Assembly (NCBI GenBank): GCA_963731105.1
Contig: CAVSUM010000020.1
Coordinates: 2,943-66,942 of the forward strand
Direction: 5' to 3'
Length of the DNA: 64,000 bases
Source: an uncultured Gammaproteobacteria bacterium
GTDB taxonomy: Bacteria > Pseudomonadota > Gammaproteobacteria > Steroidobacterales > Steroidobacteraceae
The first letter of the stretch is position 1. Each line of letters begins with the position of its first letter. The translations under genes were made by a program, and so were the position numbers. The notes beneath the pieces were generated by a model that saw only the letters and a program-made list of their open reading frames with translations, searched no databases and was not told where the DNA came from. Shown piece by piece: positions 51,013 to 59,193 of this stretch.

Positions 51013-51672
51013 ATGCGCACCAGTTATCTGGCGTCCGCGCTGGGCATTTTTCTGGCGGCTGGGCAACCGCGCATCGCGATGTCCGCGGTGCTGGAGCAGG
51101 ACGGGCTGACGCTGCGGGTTCCTGCAAGTCCGCCCCTGGTCCTGCGGATCAATGCCGCGTTCAAACCCTTGTTGCCGCTGCGGATCCCGATCGCTGGAAA
51201 GACCTCGGCCGACCGGCGAATCTTCGTCGATGCCGACGCCGAGTCGGGCATACGTCGACTCGTCATCGTCCAGTACGAGACGGTCAATCCCGGCGTGAAA
51301 TTCTCGTTCGTCTATCCGGCCAGGCCGCCCGCCGAGTTTGGTGCCCAGACGTACCAGTTCTACGCTTACGTGCACGACGACGAACGGGCAGCGGCCAAAT
51401 CGCCCGACGCCGAGGCCGGACTCACGCGCGCGTTTCTGGTCGAACAGGGATTCCGGGTCCCGCGGCTTTTTCGACTGGCGCGCCTGGCGCGTGTTGCGGA
51501 CAGAGACGGGCAGAGTGAAGTGATCGTCTTCTACATCGAAAATGCCGACGCGGACTTTGCGCCCGGGCCGCTGGCGGGCGCCGACGAGGATGGCGATCTC
51601 GCGTTGGATGCAGCGTCGAAGCAGGCGATTCTCGAGCGTTTGAAGTCCGCGGTGCATGCGGATTCGCAATGA
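51013..51672 (+). CDS. hypothetical protein, probable signal peptide
   Basis: In ORF 50776..51672, starting from the internal Met: MRTSYLASALGIFLAAGQPRIAMSAV. I recognise no family. Confidence 0.4.
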   Translation: MRTSYLASALGIFLAAGQPRIAMSAVLEQDGLTLRVPASPPLVLRINAAFKPLLPLRIPIAGKTSADRRIFVDADAESGIRRLVIVQYETVNPGVKFSFVYPARPPAEFGAQTYQFYAYVHDDERAAAKSPDAEAGLTRAFLVEQGFRVPRLFRLARLARVADRDGQSEVIVFYIENADADFAPGPLAGADEDGDLALDAASKQAILERLKSAVHADSQ

Positions 51673-51865
51673 TGATTCTGGGTCGCAGTGCGGCAGCGCC
51701 ACCGGCGGCGGCGAACCCAGCCGAGGCGGGCAGGTAAGGCGCTTACGGCCACCGCCAACGACGCCTGCGAACTGGATGTCTTTTCGTATAAGCAGTCTTT
51801 CAGGGTGTATAAAACGATCAATCCTGACCGAGAGCAGGACGAGGGTGGCGAAGACAAGGGGAGCG

Positions 51866-52570
51866 ATGATGAAGTTCCATATCGCTAAGGCGCGGAGGCT
51901 TTGGGCGACCCTGTCGCTTGCCCTCGCGATCATGCTCGCGTGCTCGACGGGAACGGCCGTTGCTCAGGTGACCGTACTCTTGCCGACGGATGGCGATATC
52001 AAGGCCACGTTGGCGTTGCCTGGCGACATACAGCGTGGCAAGAACGCGTATGCCGAGTGTCAGACTTGCCACCGCCAGGATGGCTCGGGGCGCGCGACGT
52101 TCGATATACCGCGGCTGTCCGGGCAACATGCCTCAGTGTTGATCAAGCAGCTGATGGACATCCGCAGCGGCCTCCGCGTGAACCCGGACATGAAGGACTA
52201 CATGTTCGATTCCGATCTGACGCTGCAGGATTTTGCCGACATGGCGGCCTATCTTCAGTCTCTGCCGGTCGTGGGCAAGATCGGGCAGGGTCCACCCGAG
52301 CTGGTGCCGCGCGGCAAGGCCCTGTACGCCAGTGATTGTGCGGGGTGCCATGGCGAGCACGGCGAAGGCCGCGCGGAGCTTTTTTATCCCATGCTCGCGT
52401 CGCAGCACTACAGCTACCTGTTGCGCGAGATCGACCTCATCCTCACCGGCGGGCGTGGCAACTCCAACCCAGCGATGCCTGCGATCCTCAGCAACCTGTC
52501 GGCAGACGACAAGCGAGCCGTCGCCGCGTATCTGGCGCAACTGCCAGCGCCTGGCAAGACCGTGAATTAG
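51866..52570 (+). CDS. diheme c-type cytochrome (c4-like)
   Basis: ORF 51656..52570 trimmed to MMKFHIAKARRLWATLSLALAIMLAC (signal peptide). Two CxxCH motifs are present (CQTCH, CAGCH), each followed by a distal Met-containing segment. Confidence 0.8.
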   Translation: MMKFHIAKARRLWATLSLALAIMLACSTGTAVAQVTVLLPTDGDIKATLALPGDIQRGKNAYAECQTCHRQDGSGRATFDIPRLSGQHASVLIKQLMDIRSGLRVNPDMKDYMFDSDLTLQDFADMAAYLQSLPVVGKIGQGPPELVPRGKALYASDCAGCHGEHGEGRAELFYPMLASQHYSYLLREIDLILTGGRGNSNPAMPAILSNLSADDKRAVAAYLAQLPAPGKTVN

Positions 52571-52603
52571 ACCCGCGGACTATCGGAAGTTGGGGCGGGC
52601 GGA

Positions 52604-53359
52604 CTACCTGGCGTAGGTGTCGAGCAGGTAGGTGCGGATCGCCTCTGACTCGAACAGCGCGGTACCGGTATTCGCGTCCACCAGGTAGGGCACCTGGACT
52701 TTGCCGGCACGCTCGAGCAGTTCCTGGCGGGTGCGCCCCGTGACCGGCAGGTCGGGAAACAGGGTTGTGCGGAGCACCGGCGGCCCGAGGTCCTGCCAGC
52801 GGGCCTTGCCGGTGCTGCGCAGCAGGTAGGGCAGCTCGAGTTCAGAGAGCAGCTCGCGCACGCGCCGCGAGTAGGGGCTCGACTCGAAACTGAAGAGCTC
52901 GAGCGGGCGCTTCGCTGCCCGCGAGGGGCGGGCACGGCTGCCGGCGCGGAAGCGCGGAATGCTGGCAAGCACGGAGGAGGACACGTCGAGCGGGCGCAGC
53001 AGTCGCGAGGGTGCGGGACGGCCGCCGTAGCGCTGGTACAGGTAAGCAATGATGTCGGCCGACTCGTACATCGACTCGCCGGTGTTGGGATCGACCAGGA
53101 ACGGGAACTGTTGCCGGCCGCCGAGCTTTTCGACCTTCGGTCGGAAGCGCCGGCCGCCGTGCGGCGTCGGATAGATCAGGGCGTCAAGGTCGAGCTCGGT
53201 GAGGGCCTCGCGCACCAGGCGACAGAACGGGCAGGCCTCGAATTCATAGAGTTGCAGGTGCTTGGCGGGCTGCTGCGCGGCGCCGCGGGCGTTGGTGCCG
53301 CGCCAGAAGCGCAGCGTCGAGGTCAGGGTGGAGTTCAGGACGTCCAGGGTGGTGAGCAT
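52604..53359 (-). CDS. tandem glutaredoxin/GST-N-terminal-domain protein
   Basis: ORF 52604..53446. It has two thioredoxin-like repeats (LQLYEFEACPFCRLVRE...FPFLVDPNTG...ESADIIAYL and LELFSFESSPYSRRVRE...VPYLVDANTG...ESEAIRTYL). Start set at ATG 53359; 53446 is also possible. Confidence 0.65.
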   Translation of the reverse strand: MLTTLDVLNSTLTSTLRFWRGTNARGAAQQPAKHLQLYEFEACPFCRLVREALTELDLDALIYPTPHGGRRFRPKVEKLGGRQQFPFLVDPNTGESMYESADIIAYLYQRYGGRPAPSRLLRPLDVSSSVLASIPRFRAGSRARPSRAAKRPLELFSFESSPYSRRVRELLSELELPYLLRSTGKARWQDLGPPVLRTTLFPDLPVTGRTRQELLERAGKVQVPYLVDANTGTALFESEAIRTYLLDTYAR

Positions 53360-53499
53360 CCACGCATTAGACCATGCATCGCGCGGTCGTCGCTCACGCG
53401 CGAGCAGGCGCTCGCGTGTGTGCAGCCGCGACCTCGTACCGGCCACGGGTTTCGGCTATAAGTAAGGTTCCGTAACTCGCGCCGATCGGAGAATGCCAA

Positions 53500-53934
53500 A
53501 TGCCGTGGTGGGGCTGGATGGGCGTCGGCATGCTGCTGCTCGCCGCCGAGCTGTTGATCATCGAGGCCGACTTTTATCTCGTGTTCCTGGGTGTGGCCGC
53601 CGTGCTCACGGGCCTGCTCGGGCTGGCGGTGCCGGCCCTGCCGCCGTGGGGGCAGTGGCTGGTGTTTGCGGTGCTCGCGCTGATCTCGATGGTCTTCTTC
53701 CGCAAGCGTGTCTATCGCCTGCTGCGTCGGGACGTCGCCGATCTCGCAAATGACTTGCTGCGGGAGCCGGTCGAGCTGCCGGCGGGCCTGGCGGTGGACG
53801 GCAGCTGCCGTGTGGAGTTGCGCGGCTCGACGTGGACCGCACGCAACGTCGGTCCGGTGCCGATTGCACCGGGCGGGACGGCTCGGGTGGTCGGTGTCGA
53901 CGGCATCACGCTGCGAGTCGAGGCCGGGAACTGA
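53500..53934 (+). CDS. NfeD-family membrane protein
   Basis: ORF 53500..53934. N-terminal TM helices plus a C-terminal OB-like GSTWTARN...VVGVDGITLRV, directly upstream of an SPFH gene. Confidence 0.8.
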   Translation: MPWWGWMGVGMLLLAAELLIIEADFYLVFLGVAAVLTGLLGLAVPALPPWGQWLVFAVLALISMVFFRKRVYRLLRRDVADLANDLLREPVELPAGLAVDGSCRVELRGSTWTARNVGPVPIAPGGTARVVGVDGITLRVEAGN

Positions 53935-53953
53935 TGTCAAGGGAGACGTTGTC

Positions 53954-54898
53954 GTGAGTGGACTCATCGTTGCGCTGACGATTGCGGTCGTCGTCATCAT
54001 CATCCTGGCGAAGACGGCCGTCGTCGTGCCACAGCAAAGTGCGTATGTCGTGGAGTACCTCGGCAAGTACCACCGGACGCTGCAGGCCGGGTTCCACATC
54101 CTGGTGCCGTTCGTCGAGCGCATCGCGTATCGGCACAGTCTCAAGGAGCAGGCGCTCGACATCCCGGAGCAGACCTGCATCACCAAGGACAACGTGCAGG
54201 TCGGCGTGGACGGTGTGCTGTACCTGCGGATCCTCGACCCGCAGCGCGCGAGCTACGGCATCACCGACTACACGTTCGCCATCATGCAGATTGCGCAGAC
54301 CACGCTGCGCAGCGAGATCGGCAAGATCGACCTCGACCGGACGTTCGAGGAACGCGGGGCGATCAACTCGAATGTGGTGGTCGAGCTCGACAAGGCCTCG
54401 GAACCCTGGGGCGTCAAGGTACTGCGCTACGAGATCAAGAACATCAACCCGCCGCGGGACGTGTTGAGTGCGATGGAGAAGCAGATGCGCGCCGAGCGCG
54501 AGAAGCGCGCGGTGGTGCTGACCTCCGAGGGTGAGCGGGACGCCAAGATCAATGAGGCGGAAGGTGACAAGCAACGCGTCATCAAGGCCTCGGAAGCAAG
54601 CCAGCAACAGCAGATCAACGAAGCGCAAGGCCAGGCGGAAGCGATCCTGGCGGTGGCAACCGCGACGGCGGAAGGCCTGCGCCGCGTGGCGATTGCGCTC
54701 CGCGAGCCGGGCGGCCACGAGGCGATGCAACTGCGGGTGGCCGAGGCCTACGTGGCGCAGTTCGGCAACCTGGCCAAGGAAGGCAATACGCTCGTGGTGC
54801 CGGCCAACCTCTCGGACCTGGCGTCGATGATCTCGCTCGCGACCACCGTCATGCGTCCACCGGCACAGTCGCCGCCAGCACGGCCGCCGGCTGCCTAG
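53954..54898 (+). CDS. SPFH/band-7 (stomatin/paraslipin-like) protein
   Basis: The frame of ORF 53708..54898, starting at GTG 53954 (GGGAG 8 nt upstream). TM anchor, then VVPQQSAYVVEYLGKYHRTLQAGFHILVPFVE...TKDNVQVGVDGVLYLRI...AMEKQMRAEREKRA. Confidence 0.85.
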   Translation: MSGLIVALTIAVVVIIILAKTAVVVPQQSAYVVEYLGKYHRTLQAGFHILVPFVERIAYRHSLKEQALDIPEQTCITKDNVQVGVDGVLYLRILDPQRASYGITDYTFAIMQIAQTTLRSEIGKIDLDRTFEERGAINSNVVVELDKASEPWGVKVLRYEIKNINPPRDVLSAMEKQMRAEREKRAVVLTSEGERDAKINEAEGDKQRVIKASEASQQQQINEAQGQAEAILAVATATAEGLRRVAIALREPGGHEAMQLRVAEAYVAQFGNLAKEGNTLVVPANLSDLASMISLATTVMRPPAQSPPARPPAA

Positions 54899-54966
54899 TT
54901 GACCGTTCGCCGCGACGCCTGGTCGGGCGGAGCGGCTGAACGATCAGGGGACGCGCAAGAGACCCT

Positions 54967-56426
54967 ATGGATGCGCTGGTCACACGCAGAGCAGTACAGG
55001 CTCTCCTGGTCATTGCTGCTTTGATTTGCACTGCGGCCTGTGAGACGACGGGAAGCGTCGCCGATGAAGGAGAGCCCGTCTTCGTCGAGGAAGCAATCTG
55101 CTCCTCCGGGAGGCGCCCGAGGCCCCGATCGCGAAAGTTGCGGAAGAAGGCGAGGTTCCGCTGGTCGTTGCCCGGTCGGAGCATCCCGAAGATGTCTCTC
55201 CCGACAAAGAGCTCGAGGAGGTGGTCGTCGAGGCTCACCGCGAACGTCACGAGGTGATCCTTGATCTCGTGTCCGAAGCGAAGTCCATTCTCCGTGATGT
55301 CGAACTCGAGTACGTCTTCACGGGACAAGGCAGGAAAGAAGTGCTGCGCGGACGTCCTGTCGTCTTTGCCCTGTGGAGCGAGACCAGGAAGGAATGGTCG
55401 ATCGCGCATATCGAGATCGGCCGCCCTCCGGTCAAATGGAAGCCCGGCAGGAAGCCCTTTCCTTTCATCGTGCGCACACCAGGAGTCGAGGCACGGCACG
55501 TGAAAGGCACGGGTGCCGAACGGCTGATGTTCGCCTTCGCCAAGGACGGAGAGCAACTGAAGGTCTACGGGAGGAAATTCCCCGTCTTCGACAGCGCGCT
55601 GATTGCGAAGAAGAAATGGCGAGCCGTCGTCGAGACCGCGAAGCCGATCGTCTATCTGCCGTCCAACGAAGACACCCTCGATCCGCTTTTTGTCAGTGGC
55701 GGGAAGGAATTCCTTCTCGACACGGCGCGCAGGGCGATCGACGAGTTGCGTCTCGCGAGGGCGCCTTCGGTGGCATTTCCGGGAGGGCTGCTCGCAGATG
55801 TCGTGCCCGCCGAAGTCCTCGCGACACTGGCGGTGATCGAACAGCTGGATGACGCCGACTTCGTGAAAAAGAATGCGGGTGCGATCGATGAGGTGCTGAG
55901 CCAGTACGGCCTCAAACGGCAGGAGGCGTATCGGTACAGTGTCTCAAGCGCATCTGCGCTCGGCCCCATGCAGTTCACGAACAGGAGGGGAAACGGTACC
56001 TATGCGATGGTGGTCAGGCGATGCCCTGAGGCAAGGCTCGACCCGGATTTCGAGCGCGGCGCGACGGATCTTTTGAACGCCATGAAGGCGGCGATCTGTC
56101 TCTTTGACATTGAGCTGTTTCAAATGCGTGCGGATATCCGCCTGGCGTATCGTGACAACAAGGAGGTGCTCGGCATCTTCCCGGTTGCCGCCTACAACGG
56201 TGGACCCAGGAATGTCGCGAAGCTCTACGGCGTCATGAAAAGGATGGGGGTGAAACTCGAAGACCTGCGTCCTCCAGGGGAGCCGCCCGAGGGCATGCCA
56301 GTGAAATGCCCGTGTCTATGGAAGCAGGAAGCGACTGGCGTCCGTCCCGTGGCGATCCCCAAGTACAACAATGAGAACCGTTGGTACATCGAAAAGTACC
56401 AGAGCATCCTCGGGGTGTTCGAGTGA
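54967..56426 (+). pseudogene. lipoprotein with C-terminal lytic-transglycosylase (SLT)-like domain, one frame break
   Basis: ORF 54967..55257 supplies the signal/lipobox (ALLVIAALICTAAC). After a -1 break near 55090 the protein continues in the frame of ORF 55221..56426. SSASALGPMQFT and AAYNGGPRNV resemble SLT motifs. Confidence 0.55.
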
Positions 56427-56611
56427 TCTGACGGACCGGAGACTTTCTCGCTCTCCGGTCAAGGCGACGAGCGCAAGCGTCGCTCACCAAGGTGAGCGGC
56501 CGGCGTCGATCTCATTCAGGCGGTGCGCCGTGACCGTATCTGGACGTATTGACGAAATGCGGGTGTCAGTCCGAACATCCAACGGCACTCTTACCGATTC
56601 AGGAGCAAGTC

Positions 56612-56860
56612 GTGACCGTGTACAAAGACCAGATTCAAGGCCGCATGAAAGAAGTGCAGGGCAAGATCAAGGAAGCCGCCGGCAAGCTCGTGGGCAACAA
56701 GGAGCTGCAGGCAAAGGGCAAGGCTCAGCAGACTCGCGGGAAGGCGCAGGCAAAGTTTGGTGACGTCAAGCAGAAGCTGAAAGTCACGAAGAAGAAGGCC
56801 GCGAGGAAGACGGCCGCGGCCAAGAAGGCCATCAAGAAGAAGGTCGCGAAGAAGAAGTAG
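56612..56860 (+). CDS. CsbD-family stress protein with Lys/Ala-rich C-terminal tail
   Basis: ORF 56549..56860 trimmed to GTG 56612 (AGGAG 6 nt upstream). YKDQIQGRMKEVQGKIKEAAGKLVGNKELQAKGKAQQTRGKAQ is CsbD-like. The tail is KKKAARKTAAAKKAIKKKVAKKK. Confidence 0.75.
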   Translation: MTVYKDQIQGRMKEVQGKIKEAAGKLVGNKELQAKGKAQQTRGKAQAKFGDVKQKLKVTKKKAARKTAAAKKAIKKKVAKKK

Positions 56861-56908
56861 CCGTACCTGAAGTCGGCTCATCGTTCTCCGCGGAGAGCGC
56901 AGGGCCGG

Positions 56909-57451
56909 CTACACCTCAAAGCTGTCGCGAGACGGCCGGTTCGGATCGTAATCCTCGTCCTCGAGTTCGACCTCGGCCGACTTCGGCAGCTTCGCGATGA
57001 TTTTCACGAGCATGTTGACGTGCTCGGCCTCTTCCTCGCGCAGTTCCTCGAACAGCGCCTTGACGTCCGGCTGTTCGATGGACTCGAGCGCTTCGTCGTA
57101 GAAAGCGAAGGCCTTCTGCTCGGAATACAAAGCCAGCTGGTACGCCTTGAACACCGACATGTTCCAGCGTACCTCACCGACTTCGGGAGCCTCCACGTCG
57201 TAGATGTCATCGAGCGTGACCTTCGCCGGCCGGTCGCCGAACAGGGCCAGCCGGCGTTCGGCGATTTCCTCGCAGTGCTTGGTCTCGTTGATCGCCATCG
57301 ACCGGAACACTGCGCCGGCGTCGTCGACGCCCCGGCTGCCGAGTGACTCGGCGAAATCCGTGTATCGCTTCTTCGCTTCCAGCTCGATCAGGGAGGCGAG
57401 ATCGAGGGCGTCCATCAGCGTGATTCTGGAGAGATCGAGTCTCGTGGCCAT
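56909..57451 (-). CDS. ferritin-like/rubrerythrin-family diiron protein
   Basis: ORF 56909..57664 trimmed to ATG 57451. The ExxH-type pairs (LEAKKRYTDF...NETKHCEE; EQKAFAFY...EEAEHVNML) indicate a four-helix-bundle diiron fold. Confidence 0.6.
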   Translation of the reverse strand: MATRLDLSRITLMDALDLASLIELEAKKRYTDFAESLGSRGVDDAGAVFRSMAINETKHCEEIAERRLALFGDRPAKVTLDDIYDVEAPEVGEVRWNMSVFKAYQLALYSEQKAFAFYDEALESIEQPDVKALFEELREEEAEHVNMLVKIIAKLPKSAEVELEDEDYDPNRPSRDSFEV

Positions 57452-57538
57452 GGCTTTCCCCTGGTTGGTGGAATGAACACTATCACCGCGCCGCTCGACA
57501 AGGTACCCTTCGCGCCGGCCAGGGTCGCCGTCCCCTGG

Positions 57539-58382
57539 GTGGATAAGTCCTTGAGAATCAAAGCACTCGCGTTGAGCCTGCTGGTGGCGCTGGCGCCGCT
57601 GTCCGCCGGGGCCGTGGCCAAGCGTCGAGTCGAAGTCGCAGTCCATCCCGGACCTGCGCTCCAACGCCTTCTACATCCTCGATTCCTCCGGCTCGAAGGT
57701 GCTCGCGGCACGCAACGAGCAGACCGCCGTGCCGATCGCCTCCATCACCAAGCTGATGACGGCGCTGGTCGTGCTCGAGGCCCGCCAGCGGATGGACCAG
57801 ACGATCACCATCACGCGCGACGACGTCCGCGAGACCCCGGGCAGCCGCTCACGCCTGGCGCCGGGCGCCCGGCTGAGCCGGTCCGATCTCCTGCACCTTG
57901 CGTTGATGTCCTCGGAGAATCGTGCGGCGCATGCGCTGTGTCGCGCCTACCCGGGTGGCATGCAGGCTTGCGTGCGCGCCATGAACCGCAAGGCCAAGGC
58001 ACTCGGCATGAAGTCGGCGCGGTTCGTCGAGCCGACCGGATTGTCGAGCAGCAACGTGTCGAGCCCCGTCGACCTCGCCAAGCTGGTGCGGGCGGCAGCG
58101 GCGAATCCAACGGTCCGCAGGTTCTCGACGGACCCGGACCACACCGTGAACATCAATGGGCGCGCGCTCGAATTCCGCAGCACGAACTCGCTGGTCAAGA
58201 AGCCCGACTGGCAGGTCACGGTGCAGAAGACCGGCTACAACGCCGAGGCGGGCCGCTGCCTGGTGATGCAGGCCGTCATCGACGGCCGCGACGTGGTCAT
58301 CATCCTGCTCAATTCCTGGGGCACGCTCACGCGCATCGGCGATGCGAACCGCGTCCGCCAGTGGCTGGAGTCGGGCGCCTAG
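57539..58382 (+). pseudogene. D-alanyl-D-alanine endopeptidase (PBP7/PbpG-like, S11 serine peptidase), one frame break
   Basis: GTG 57539 gives the signal peptide DKSLRIKALALSLLVALAPLSAGAVA. After a break near 57620 the protein continues in ORF 57699..58382 with PIASITKLMTALV (SxxK), SSENRAA (SxN) and KTGYN (KTG). Confidence 0.8.
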
Positions 58383-59154
58383 CGCGGAGGCGTCGGGGAC
58401 GTCGTGCATTCTGCAATCTGTTCCTCGAGCGGCGTCGTGTCCTTGGTCCCACGGCCGCAGCGTCTCGAGGTCACGCAGGTAGTTCTGCTTGAGACGTTCG
58501 AGTGCGTACCACTGGGCGGTGGCCACGGCCGCCTCGTTGCGCGCCAGGTCCAACAGCTGGCTGCGCCGCGCGCGAATGCGCTCGATGGCCCGGCCCAGAT
58601 CCGCATCGTCCTCGAAGGCCGGTGCCTCGCTACCCGGGGCGTAGCCGCGTAACAGGCTGAACCCGGGCTGCAGCTGGGCAGGCATCAGTTCGTTGATCAC
58701 GATCGGGTAGGCGCCCTGGATCCGCGCCACCTGGGCAAACAACACCCGCGGCCCTTCATACGTGCCCGCCAGGCTCAGGCCCGGGAATGAGTTCGTCGAC
58801 GAGCCGCGCATTGCCCGAGTTCTGCAGCGCCTGGTACTGGTTGTCTGCCAGCCACGGCATCGCCGCCGACGTGCTGCGGGCGAACGATTGCAGCAAGGCG
58901 GCCGGGTCTGCCACTTCCGGCGCCGGATCCTGCAGGAATCGCAGCACGACCTGCAGGCCGTCGAACTTCCGTTGCAGGTTGCGAGATCGGATGCGTTCCA
59001 CGCTGCAGAGATTGCTGCGCAGCTCGGTGGCGACGTTGGACAGGTGCTCGCCCACGACCCTGAGCTCCTCGCGATCCTGGCGCCACTGGTCCACGCCGAG
59101 CGCCAGCAGGATGCCGATCACGATGATGAGCAGTTCCGCTGCCATTCGCTTCAT
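58379..59154 (-). pseudogene. N-terminally anchored helical protein, paralog of 61188..61961 (DUF6090-like), one or two frame breaks; 3' end uncertain
   Basis: ORF 58756..59154 (MKRMAAELLIIVIGILLALGVDQWRQDRE...) continues in ORF 57849..58811 (LSLAGTYEGPRVLFAQV...LERLKQNYLRDLETL). It possibly ends in the frame of ORF 58379..58606. It starts 39 nt after the TIR gene stop. Confidence 0.5.
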
Positions 59155-59193
59155 GCGTGGCCCTCGCCGGTTCGCTCTGCGGGGGGCGCGGTG

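Noticed and set aside
43178-52595. Prophage or integrative element call for the tRNA-Phe-adjacent segment
   Set aside because: I found no integrase, excisionase, transposase, phage structural gene or conjugation gene in any frame. It is reported only as a possible decayed island.
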